DNA of 61,704 nt, counting the filler. It is 7 parts of 7 records of this genome, joined end to end, with 100 filler letters (N's around TTAATTAATTAA, not from the genome) between each part and the next. Parts side by side here need not be neighbours in the genome. Positions count along the whole stretch, not along the records: positions 38,376 to 53,170 come from SRR31156797_20489; positions 53,271 to 61,704 come from SRR31156797_20505; 5 more parts are not named here. The stretch is one strand, 5' to 3'. Position 1 is the stretch's first letter. Each line of letters begins with the position of its first letter. The notes beneath the pieces were generated by a model. That model did not search any database, had not been told where the DNA came from, and saw only the letters and a program-made list of their open reading frames with translations. The position numbers and the translations under genes were made by a program. Below, piece after piece: positions 49,519 through 57,938 of the stretch.

Positions 49519-49751
49519 GCAAAATTTCAGTTTTCCCCAAATATATCTGGACAGTTGATAACAATTGGACTACTCACCATGAAGTAAAGGAAGTCAAAAT
49601 TGACGAGGACGGCAAGAGAATATTTATATGTAAGTTTGCTGGTAAGGACAGTTTGCTGTTTCCAATTTACGAATCTGTGCAAAAGGTATTCTTTACTGAG
49701 GAGGAAGCAGAAGTGAGGATAAACCCCAATGAAAGGAGTGGGTTCAGGTGA
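49515..49751 (+). CDS. Phage hypothetical protein
   Basis: Start reassigned to MSKIS by ATGA coupling. Confidence 0.6.
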   Translation: MSKISVFPKYIWTVDNNWTTHHEVKEVKIDEDGKRIFICKFAGKDSLLFPIYESVQKVFFTEEEAEVRINPNERSGFR

Positions 49752-49855
49752 GTAATTATACATGCCCTTATTGTGGCTCAAATTACGATACAGTCACAGA
49801 AGTTCATAACTGTGATTGCCAAGAGGATAAAGAAAGTGAGGAAGATGATGAGTGA
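49748..49855 (+). CDS. 35-aa Cys-rich phage protein (absent from the ORF track)
   Basis: GTGA overlap, AAAGGAG RBS; CPYCG...CDC with an acidic tail. Confidence 0.55.
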   Translation: MSNYTCPYCGSNYDTVTEVHNCDCQEDKESEEDDE

Positions 49856-50078
49856 CTTTGACAATTGGCTATATATGCAAGCTGATAAACAATATGATGA
49901 ATCAAACCAAGAACCAGAACTTATCTGCGACGAATGCGGTGAACCAATATATGAATATGACTTGTACTTAGACCTGCCTAACGGCATGAGAGTACACGTA
50001 GATTGTATTAATCCAGAGCATGTGGACGAAGAGTACCTGGCTGAAGATGTGCTGGAAGAGTGTAGGAGGATAGCATGA
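49845..50078 (+). CDS. Phage zinc-finger-like protein
   Basis: ICDECGEPIYE...HVDC; start reassigned to MMSDF. Confidence 0.65.
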   Translation: MMSDFDNWLYMQADKQYDESNQEPELICDECGEPIYEYDLYLDLPNGMRVHVDCINPEHVDEEYLAEDVLEECRRIA

Positions 50079-50905
50079 GTGAAGCTACTATTGATAGCAA
50101 GGAAATGATTATCGTTGAACAGCTGCCAATAATAACTGAAAAGCTGATAAACGTAAGCTTATTAATTGAGGAGAGAGTAAACCATGCTCTTTCCCTCGAT
50201 GTAACGGAAACAACACTGTCAGAAGTGAAGAAAGTACGAGCAGGGTTAAATAAAGACAAAGCCGACTTAGAGAACAGGAGAAAAGACGTAAAAAAGGCGG
50301 TTATGGACCCGTACAGTCAGTTTGAAACAGTATACAAAGACTTGGTTCTGAATAAATTCACTAAAGCAGACACAGAACTCAAATCCAAGATTAGTAATGT
50401 AGAAAACGGTATAAAGAGAAAAAAGCGTGAAAAAGTTGAACAGTATTTCAATGAATATGCTCAAAGTAAGGATATTAATTTTATCAGCTTTACTGATGCT
50501 AAGTGTAATGTAACGCTGTCAGCTTCCGTTAAATCGCTTAAAGAAGGCTGTAAAGACTTCATTGACAGTATATCTGCAGGACTGGAACTGATTGAAACTC
50601 AGGATCACAAAGATGAAATACTTGTTGAGTTTAAGAAAAATCTAAATGCTGCTGTAGCCATTACGACTGTAGTCAATAGATATAAAGCTATTGGAGAAGA
50701 GAAAGCACGCAGGGAAGCAGCTAAGGCTCAAAAGGAACAAAAGAAAGAAGCTGTAAAGAAAGTAGAAGCTATACAAGCAGAGACAGTGCCGGTAGTAGAT
50801 GATTCACAGGAAATTGTGATACTAAATTTAAGGGTCAAAGCAACCAAGGAAAAACTTAGGGCATTAAAGACATTTTTATTACAAGGAGGATATGAAATTG
50901 AGTAA
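50075..50905 (+). CDS. DUF1351-family phage protein
   Basis: EQLPIITEKL...VKKVRAGLNK...ENRRKDVKKAVMDPY; usual position upstream of the recombinase. Confidence 0.8.
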   Translation: MSEATIDSKEMIIVEQLPIITEKLINVSLLIEERVNHALSLDVTETTLSEVKKVRAGLNKDKADLENRRKDVKKAVMDPYSQFETVYKDLVLNKFTKADTELKSKISNVENGIKRKKREKVEQYFNEYAQSKDINFISFTDAKCNVTLSASVKSLKEGCKDFIDSISAGLELIETQDHKDEILVEFKKNLNAAVAITTVVNRYKAIGEEKARREAAKAQKEQKKEAVKKVEAIQAETVPVVDDSQEIVILNLRVKATKEKLRALKTFLLQGGYEIE

Positions 50906-51584
50906 TGAAGTAGCTGTTGTTTACAGTATAGGTGATTCAGAAATTAAGCTAACACCGAGTATAGTACAAAATTACATAGTAGGCTCAAATGCAGAAATAA
51001 GCATGCCTGAGTTTAAGATGTTTACCGAGCTATGTAAGGTTAGAAAATTAAATCCATTTCTGAAAGAAGCATACTGCATCAAATACGGCAATGAACCAGC
51101 ACAGGTAGTAGTTGGTAAAGATGTTTTCGTCAAGAGGGCTGTATTGCATCCAGATTACGATGGTAAGGAGTCAGGGCTAATTGTAAAGAACGATAAGGGC
51201 AAGATAGAAGAGCGACAAGGGTGCTTCTATTTAGATGATGAAGAGATAGTAGGTGCATGGGCTAGAGTGTTCAGAAAGAGCTGGGAGCATCCTGAATATG
51301 TAAGTGTTGCCTTTGATGAGGTTGCAAAGCGTAAGAAAAGCGGTGAACTAAACAGTAACTGGCTAAGACAGGGGGCAACTATGGTTGTAAAAGTTGCAAC
51401 AGTTAGAGCACTTAGAGAATCTTTTGTTGATGATTTAGGCGGTATGTATGTCGAGGAAGAGTTTACACAGGTTGATAATTCCATAGTAGATATTACTCCT
51501 TCACAAGACCCTGTATTCACTGAACCAATACCACCTCAGAACGACTTCACAGACAACGATCAGGTAACTCTAGATGATTTATGA
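50892..51584 (+). CDS. bet: Phage recombination protein Bet (RecT/Red-beta family)
   Basis: LCKVRKLNPFLKEAYCIKYG...VGAWARVFRK...W....ATMVVKVATVRALRESF...GMY. Confidence 0.9.
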   Translation: MKLSNEVAVVYSIGDSEIKLTPSIVQNYIVGSNAEISMPEFKMFTELCKVRKLNPFLKEAYCIKYGNEPAQVVVGKDVFVKRAVLHPDYDGKESGLIVKNDKGKIEERQGCFYLDDEEIVGAWARVFRKSWEHPEYVSVAFDEVAKRKKSGELNSNWLRQGATMVVKVATVRALRESFVDDLGGMYVEEEFTQVDNSIVDITPSQDPVFTEPIPPQNDFTDNDQVTLDDL

Positions 51585-52215
51585 TGTCATAGCTTCATCC
51601 AGTTATGGTAATGCTACGGTCATCGAGAATACAGTTCTAATAGACTGTGGTATGCCGTACAAAGCTATATCAAAATATGTGGACAGGCTAAAAATAGTTT
51701 TGCTTACCCATAGTCATAAAGATCATTTTAATAAGAAAACAATAGCTAGGCTATCAAGACAAAGACCTATGCTGAGATTTGGCTGCGGTAAATGGCTTGT
51801 ACTTCATTTGCTGGATTGCGGAGTATCAAAAGCCAATATTGATGTCTATGATATGGATGTTTGCTATAACTATAAATCATTAAAAATCATTGCATTTAAG
51901 TTATTTCATAACGTTCCAAACTGTGGATATAAGCTGATGATTAACCATCAAAAGGCTATCTACGCAACAGACACTAACAGGATAGAAACCACAGCTAAGA
52001 ACTATGATTTGTACTTAATTGAAGCTAACTATGGCGATAAGGAAATCCAGCAGAGAATAAGAAATAAACGCTTTCAGCCATATATATATGAGCTTGGTGT
52101 GCTGAAAAACCACTTGTCAGAATCAAAGGCATTTGACTTTATTATGAGTAATGCAGGTCCAAATAGTAGGTACAGGCTTATGCATCAGCATGCAGAGAGA
52201 AAGAAGGCGAATTAA
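51574..52215 (+). CDS. MBL-fold metallo-hydrolase, putative phage exonuclease partner
   Basis: ASSSYGN, LIDCG, THSHKDH, YATDT, IEANY, NHLS. Confidence 0.88.
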   Translation: MIYDVIASSSYGNATVIENTVLIDCGMPYKAISKYVDRLKIVLLTHSHKDHFNKKTIARLSRQRPMLRFGCGKWLVLHLLDCGVSKANIDVYDMDVCYNYKSLKIIAFKLFHNVPNCGYKLMINHQKAIYATDTNRIETTAKNYDLYLIEANYGDKEIQQRIRNKRFQPYIYELGVLKNHLSESKAFDFIMSNAGPNSRYRLMHQHAERKKAN

Positions 52216-52490
52216 TGAAGTCGATTATACAAGATGATAAAGCCTGCTATATAACAGGCTCTACAGACAACTTACATGAACATCATATTTTTGGTGGCAG
52301 TAATCGTAAATGGAGTGAAAAATTCGGTTTGAAGGTATGGCTTAGAGCAGACTGGCACAATATGTCTGACTATGGAGTACATTTCAATAAAAATTTTGAC
52401 AGACAACTTAAGAAAACAGGGCAGATGTTTTTTGAAAAAACATATTCACATGAAGAATTTATGCAGTATTTCAGGAGGAACTATCTATGA
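52215..52490 (+). CDS. Small HNH-like phage protein
   Basis: CYITG...HEHHIFGGSNRKWSEKFGLKVWL...H...GVH. Confidence 0.7.
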   Translation: MKSIIQDDKACYITGSTDNLHEHHIFGGSNRKWSEKFGLKVWLRADWHNMSDYGVHFNKNFDRQLKKTGQMFFEKTYSHEEFMQYFRRNYL

Positions 52491-52861
52491 CACAAGCATC
52501 AAGTGAGTTTAAAGAAGTTAAGAAACTAGAGGGCAGTCCTTTTCAGATAGCGTGTGAAGAAGATTGCAAGATATATTCAAGAATGCTTGATGTATATATG
52601 GGACTGCAAGGTGATACTGTAAATGCTGCACAGGCGAATAATATCGCAAATACAGCTCTTGTACTTGCTTCCAGATGGTCAGATATTTGTTCTTACTCGA
52701 AAAGCATAAGCCTGAGATTTGGGTTTGGAAAGTCTGATTTTAGTATGTGGGCACATGAACGCTATTCCGTGCTAAAGGATATCCATATACATGCCAGAAT
52801 GATATGGAGTAAAGCGGAGGACGAATACAGGGAAACCATGAAATATGGCGGACAGACTTAG
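52487..52861 (+). CDS. Phage hypothetical protein
   Basis: ATGA-coupled ORF in the early operon. Confidence 0.65.
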   Translation: MTQASSEFKEVKKLEGSPFQIACEEDCKIYSRMLDVYMGLQGDTVNAAQANNIANTALVLASRWSDICSYSKSISLRFGFGKSDFSMWAHERYSVLKDIHIHARMIWSKAEDEYRETMKYGGQT

Positions 52862-52867
52862 AGAGGT

Positions 52868-53170
52868 ATGGATATGAATAACAACAACTACTATACAATC
52901 CAAGGCTGGATGAGGAATATGCTCCAATTAAAGGGGAATGAGTTAATGCTTTTTGCATTGATATATGGATTTTCACAAGATGGAGAAACGGTATTCAATG
53001 GAAGCTTAACATATATGGAAAAAGCAATAGGAGCAACAAGACCTACTGTTGTTAAGACACTAAACGCATTAGTAGAGAAAGGACTGATTACACGAATCAG
53101 CAGTAAAAAAGGTAATAAATACTTTACTAGTAAAGAAACTAAACTAGTTAAAAATCTTTCAGAAACTAGT
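52868..53170 (+). CDS. Phage replication initiator (N-terminal wHTH), 3'-truncated
   Basis: NYYTIQGWM...LKGNELMLFALIYGFSQDGE..FNGSL.Y. Confidence 0.8.
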
Positions 53171-53270
53171 NNNNNNNNNNNNNNNNNNNNNNNNNNNNNN
53201 NNNNNNNNNNNNNNTTAATTAATTAANNNNNNNNNNNNNNNNNNNNNNNNNNNNNNNNNNNNNNNNNNNN
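53171..53270. other. Artificial contig spacer
   Basis: N44-TTAATTAATTAA-N44. Confidence 0.99.
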
Positions 53271-53467
53271 GTGAAACTCCACTCCCGGAGTCCGCCTGAA
53301 TTCCCTCATGGGGATAATCGAATAGAAGCCTTGTACATGCATATTGAAATCGCTCATACCTGAATTCTAGTGCCCGGGAAAAGGGAAAGCAAACAGGATA
53401 TCCCGGGGGGAACGGGATAGGAACAGGAAAGCCAGAGGCCCTTGCTGCCGGATAGGGTATCGCCTTG

Positions 53468-55267
53468 CTACCCAAGGACGGGAATGGTTATCTTGAACTC
53501 GCATCCCCCCTTCTCCAGGTTCCGGAATTGCATCTCGCCCTTGTATTTTCTGATGATTCCGTAACTCATGGGGAGGCCCAGCCCCATATTGCTCCCGGTT
53601 TTCTCCTTTTTCGTCGAATAAAAAGGCAGAAAGATCGATTCCCTGTCCCTCTCGCTTATTCCGGGGCCGCTGTCCGTAATCAAGAGGATCAGGGCGTCTT
53701 TTTCCGTCTCCGTCTCGATCTCGATCCGGCCGCCCCCCTGCATAACCTCAAAACTGTTCTTGATCAGATTCAGCAGAACCTGTCGGATCTCAGTCTTGCC
53801 GGCGTCTATGAAGATCTCATCGTAAGAAGAGCCGAAACGGCATTGGATCTTCCGCTCCCCCGCAGCGGGTTCCAGCAGGGTCAGGGTCTGTCGGATAAGC
53901 TGATTCACATCGAAGACGGTCGTCCTGCTCTCCCTGCTTCCCGAAAAAGAGACCAGGTTGGAGACGATTTGCTTGATCCCGTCCATCTCCTCTTCAAGCA
54001 TGACCACGACCTCGGAGGCCTTTTCCCGGGGAGGGTTCATCCTCAGAAAACTGAGATAGTTGTAGATGATTTCCAGGGGATTGTTAATCTCATGAGCCAC
54101 CCCCGCCGCCAGAAGGCCCAGGGAAGCCAGGTTCTCGGACAGGTTCATCCTCTGCCGCATCTCTTCCTGTTCGGTGATGTCCTCGATGATCGTTATGTTT
54201 CCGATGGGAAAGCGGCCGTCGAAGATCGGGTAGATCTTGATATTCGTCAGGACCTCTCCTATCTTCAGATGAAGCAGATTGGATTCCTCGTTCCTGTTGA
54301 AACAGTGCTGGATCCGTTCCAGAGAGTCTTTGTCGGGGATGATGACATCCAGCGGGCGATTCAGAAAAGCTTCAGGTTCGGAATGGAAGAAAAGCATTCC
54401 CTGGTCATTTATCATCTTAATCCGATTGTCGTCATCCGTAACGATCAGGGTGATGGGCAGATTCTTCAGTATCGCCTCGTTGTAACGCAGAAGCTGATAG
54501 AACTCCTTGTTCAGATCCTCCGACTCGGCGCTCCGGGCCACCTGTGTATAGCAGAGCTTGATCAGATTCAGACGGTCCATATTCCCCGTCGCATCGGTCA
54601 GAAGGATCTTCCCGTCCCGGATGACAGAGATTTTATCAGCCAGATCATACACGTCGTCGATGCGGTGGCTGATGCAGATGACAGCCAGTCCTTCGGCGGC
54701 TTTCCGTTTCAGGATGCGGATGACCTTGTCGAAATGCGCTCCGTTCAGCTTTGCCAGCGCTTCGTCGATGATCAGCAACTTCGGCTCTCTGAATAGGCAG
54801 CGCAGGAAGTCCAAAACCACCTTTTCCGACATGGTCAGGCCGGCATACTGGTCATGGGGATCGAGATCGAAACCGTATTCCCTTATGACCTTCTCCGCCT
54901 GCTGATACATTTTCCTTCTGCCGTTAAAGGGAAAGGGACGGAAGATCTTTTCGGGAAGGAACATATTCTCGGCAACCGTGAAGTAATCGATGAGCCCTTC
55001 GTCCTGAAAGATGATCTGGACCCCCGGATTCTGCATGGACTGGAACCTGCGGAACCGCATCTCCCTGCTGTCCCAGACTATGGTTCCGTCGGAGGGTTTC
55101 TGATTGAGGGCCATCAGCATACCGATCGTGGATTTTCCCGTCCCCCTGTCGCCGATCAGCGCATGGATCTCTCCCCTTCTCAGGGAAAAATCAAGACCCC
55201 TGATCTCCGGGAGCCCTTCCGATGAAAGGCTGATGTTTCTGAGTTCCAGGATCGGATCAGCCGTCAT
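53468..55267 (-). CDS. Fusion protein: sugar-ABC ATPase domain, PAS, histidine kinase (HisKA-HATPase)
   Basis: Walker A GDRGTGKST, Q-loop IIFQD, Walker B LLIIDE, H-loop ISHR; PAS (ILKNLPITLIVTD...ITIIEDITE); H-box GVAHEINNPL, QVLLNLIKNS, DSGPGI, FLPFYSTK, GLGL. Confidence 0.92.
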   Translation of the reverse strand: MTADPILELRNISLSSEGLPEIRGLDFSLRRGEIHALIGDRGTGKSTIGMLMALNQKPSDGTIVWDSREMRFRRFQSMQNPGVQIIFQDEGLIDYFTVAENMFLPEKIFRPFPFNGRRKMYQQAEKVIREYGFDLDPHDQYAGLTMSEKVVLDFLRCLFREPKLLIIDEALAKLNGAHFDKVIRILKRKAAEGLAVICISHRIDDVYDLADKISVIRDGKILLTDATGNMDRLNLIKLCYTQVARSAESEDLNKEFYQLLRYNEAILKNLPITLIVTDDDNRIKMINDQGMLFFHSEPEAFLNRPLDVIIPDKDSLERIQHCFNRNEESNLLHLKIGEVLTNIKIYPIFDGRFPIGNITIIEDITEQEEMRQRMNLSENLASLGLLAAGVAHEINNPLEIIYNYLSFLRMNPPREKASEVVVMLEEEMDGIKQIVSNLVSFSGSRESRTTVFDVNQLIRQTLTLLEPAAGERKIQCRFGSSYDEIFIDAGKTEIRQVLLNLIKNSFEVMQGGGRIEIETETEKDALILLITDSGPGISERDRESIFLPFYSTKKEKTGSNMGLGLPMSYGIIRKYKGEMQFRNLEKGGCEFKITIPVLG

Positions 55268-56549
55268 GGCCCATTCCGAATTTATCCAGCTTGTTGTAGA
55301 GGGTTTTCCGGCTGATGTTCAGCATCTCTGCGGCGCGCTTCTTGTTGTTTCCGGCGGCGCTGAGGGTTTGGAGTATCAGGGTCCTTTCCTGCTCCTCAAG
55401 GGAGCTGAAGGAGGAGGGCATATCTTCCTGTTCCCATATGCCATGGGGAAGGTCCGCCGGGGATATCTCATCCCCCGTAGCCAGGGCTCCCGCGTAATGG
55501 ACCGCGTTTCTCAGTTCCCTGATGTTTCCGGGCCAGGGATAGTGGAGCAAGGCGGCGACGGCTTCGCTGGAGAAGCGCAGAGGCCGTTCGGTAAAATGCT
55601 GTTCCAGGAAATGCTCTGCCAGCGGAAGTATGTCCTCGGGCCTCTCCTTGAGGGAAGGGATATGCAGAATGGCCGTGCTCAGACGGTAGTACAGATCCTC
55701 CCGGAAGCGCTTCAGACCCATCATCTCTTTCAGGTTTTTATTGGTCGCCCCGATGAAACGGACATCGATGCGAATGTTCCCGTTGCCGCCGATACGGCGG
55801 ATTTCCTGATTCTGAAGGGTTCTGAGAATCTTAGCCTGGGTCTGCAGGGACATATCCCCCAGCTCGTCCATGAACAGGGTCCCCCCGTCGGATCGCTCAA
55901 AGATACCGGCGAACCGACTGTCCGCCCCCGTATAAGCCCCTTTCTCATGTCCGAAAAGCTCGTTGTCCAGAAGATTCTCCGGGAAGGCCGCGCAGTTGAT
56001 GCTGTGCAGCTCCCTTGAGCCGCGCTTTGAATGCTGATGCAGGAAGTAGGCGAGCCTCTCCTTTCCCGTTCCGCTGTCTCCGGTAATGAGAACCGGAAAA
56101 TCCGTTTGAGCCAGCCGTTCCGCCTTCGCAAGCAGATTGACCATAATCTTGGACTTGGTGATGATCCGCTCTCCCTCCCCGGGCTCCCTGCGCTTGAGGG
56201 TATGCTCAATGATCTTCAGAAGATTGGGGAAGTTCAAGGGTTTCTGTACGTAATCGGATGCGCCCCGCTTCATGGCGATCACCGCCGTTTCGATGGATCC
56301 GTATCCGGTTATCATGATAACCGGCAGCTTGGGATACAGACGCCTTATCTTCACAAGGACGTCCAAACCGCTTTCCTCTTTCAGGGAGAGATCCAGTAAA
56401 ACGATATCCGGCAGGCTTCTGCCCAGCTTCCCGAGGGCATCGGAACTGTTCAGCGCGTAATGATAACTGAAACCGAGCTGTTGAAAATTCATCTCAAGGC
56501 TCTTACAGAGTTTCTCTTTGTCGTCGATTACAAGTACTGCTTTATTCAT
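55257..56549 (-). CDS. NtrC-family sigma54 response regulator
   Basis: REC, GDSGTGKE, GAYTGA, WPGNIREL, Fis HTH; start reassigned to MNKAV 56549; overlaps the kinase start. Confidence 0.95.
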   Translation of the reverse strand: MNKAVLVIDDKEKLCKSLEMNFQQLGFSYHYALNSSDALGKLGRSLPDIVLLDLSLKEESGLDVLVKIRRLYPKLPVIMITGYGSIETAVIAMKRGASDYVQKPLNFPNLLKIIEHTLKRREPGEGERIITKSKIMVNLLAKAERLAQTDFPVLITGDSGTGKERLAYFLHQHSKRGSRELHSINCAAFPENLLDNELFGHEKGAYTGADSRFAGIFERSDGGTLFMDELGDMSLQTQAKILRTLQNQEIRRIGGNGNIRIDVRFIGATNKNLKEMMGLKRFREDLYYRLSTAILHIPSLKERPEDILPLAEHFLEQHFTERPLRFSSEAVAALLHYPWPGNIRELRNAVHYAGALATGDEISPADLPHGIWEQEDMPSSFSSLEEQERTLILQTLSAAGNNKKRAAEMLNISRKTLYNKLDKFGMGHDG

Positions 56550-56628
56550 GGTCCCGCCCGAAGAAGAGTGACATCCGCCGATGGATCTGTCAAGAGAAAA
56601 ATCAGTACCCGAAAAAGGACGGAGAAGC

Positions 56629-56680
56629 TGTGTAAAACTTACACATATCAGGGCCCCAGGGGCTGTGTATTTTCTACCCA
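56629..56680. promoter_or_regulatory. Tandem bEBP enhancer sites TGTGTA-N5-TAC(A/C)CA
   Basis: TGTGTAAAACTTACACA (56629-56645) and TGTGTATTTTCTACCCA (56664-56680), 35 bp apart and about 110-160 bp upstream of the -24 element. Confidence 0.75.
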
Positions 56681-56788
56681 TACCCCACCGGTTCATCATA
56701 GAGTCATGGCGGATTCGGGAAAGGGATCCGGCCTTTAATACCGGGCAGCCAAGCATTTAAAAAGAAAAAGTTTTCAATGTTCAGAAAT

Positions 56789-56804
56789 TGGCATATCATT
56801 TGCA
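56789..56804 (+). promoter_or_regulatory. Sigma54 -24/-12 promoter of the ABC operon
   Basis: TGGCAT-ATCAT-TTGCA with exact GG-N10-GC spacing, 33 nt before the SBP start codon. Confidence 0.88.
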
Positions 56805-56837
56805 TTTGTAGCGGAAAACAACAGAAAGGAGATTTAT

Positions 56838-57791
56838 ATGAAAAAGAATCTGGTACTCGCATTGCTGATTGCCGCAATCCTTACGGTCGCTCCCGCGCTG
56901 TTTGCGGGCGGACAGGCCGATAAGGCCGACGACGGGAAAACCACGGTAGGTTTCGCTCAGATCAAGGAAGACAGTCCCTGGCGGACAACCGAAACCAACT
57001 CGGTTCAGCAGGAAGCCGAGCGCCTGGGTATCGAGCTGAAGCTTTCCGTAACGGATCAGGCCGGCCAGATCGCCGCCCTCCGTGACTTCATCGCCCAGGG
57101 CGTTGACGGCATCCTTCTCGCTCCTCAGACCGCAAGCGGCTGGGATGAAGTTCTGATGGAAGCCAAGGACGCAGGCATTCCCGTGGTCCTTCTGGACAGG
57201 GGCCTCGATTCGCCCGAAGAGCTCTGGGTCACTCAGATCTCATCGGACTTCGCGTTCGAGGGACGGGAAGCCGGAAAATGGATTGCCGAGCGACTGGACG
57301 GCAAGGGAAAGGTCGTTGAGCTCTTCGGCGATCCCGCCGCAGATCCCGCCATCAAGCGGAGCGAAGGCTTTATGGAGATCATGGCCGACTATCCCGGTAT
57401 CAAGGTGGTGGAATCCAAGACCGGAGAATGGAGCCAGGACAAGGGCCGCCAGGTCGTGGAAGCATGGCTTGCCGCCGGCGTGGAGTTTGACCTTATCTAC
57501 GCCCATAACGACGGTATGGCTCTGGGCGCCATCGAGGCCCTCAAGGCCGCCGGCAAGGATCCCGGAAAGGATGTTCAGATCATCTCCATCGATGCGATAA
57601 AGGCCGCCTTCGAGGCCATCGAGCGGGGCGATATGAACGCGACCGTCGAGTGCAGTCCCCTTCTGGGTCCCATGGGTTTTGAAGCCCTTCTGGCCGCTAT
57701 TGACGGCAAAGAGGTTGATCAGTACATCATCACCCCCGACTCCCTCTATGACGAGAGCAACTACAAAGATCATCCCACCGGCGGATTCTGA
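56838..57791 (+). CDS. Sugar ABC solute-binding protein, YtfQ (galactofuranose)-like
   Basis: VGFAQ..E.SPWRT, GWDEVLMEAKDAGIPV.LLDR, SDFAFEG, AHNDGMALGA, ATVECSPLLGP. Confidence 0.88.
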   Translation: MKKNLVLALLIAAILTVAPALFAGGQADKADDGKTTVGFAQIKEDSPWRTTETNSVQQEAERLGIELKLSVTDQAGQIAALRDFIAQGVDGILLAPQTASGWDEVLMEAKDAGIPVVLLDRGLDSPEELWVTQISSDFAFEGREAGKWIAERLDGKGKVVELFGDPAADPAIKRSEGFMEIMADYPGIKVVESKTGEWSQDKGRQVVEAWLAAGVEFDLIYAHNDGMALGAIEALKAAGKDPGKDVQIISIDAIKAAFEAIERGDMNATVECSPLLGPMGFEALLAAIDGKEVDQYIITPDSLYDESNYKDHPTGGF

Positions 57792-57821
57792 TTTCCCGTC
57801 AGGTCCTTAGCGTAATGAACC

Positions 57822-57851
57822 GGACCGGTCTTCCGGAAGGAGGGCCGGTCC
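57822..57851 (+). terminator. Intercistronic stem-loop after the SBP gene (mRNA stabiliser or partial terminator)
   Basis: GGACCGGTCTTCC-GGAA-GGAGGGCCGGTCC followed by TTT. Confidence 0.55.
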
Positions 57852-57938
57852 TTTCTCGGAATGCGTTCGCAAATGAAATGAAAGGGCGATCCCCTTTGCG
57901 GGACGCGGACTCTTATATGTAAAGAAAAGGATGAAATC

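Larger units (their letters stand above)
38376..53170. mobile_element. Firmicutes-type temperate phage/prophage fragment (accessory, lysogeny and early replication modules)
   Basis: AT-rich; divergent cI/cro, Rha-ANT antirepressor, DUF1351, Bet recombinase, MBL hydrolase, replication initiator; no integrase or att site visible, so the left boundary is uncertain. Confidence 0.88.

Noticed and set aside
56550-56756. N-terminal extension of the NtrC-like ORF
   Set aside because: Covers the enhancer and promoter region; the receiver domain starts at 56549
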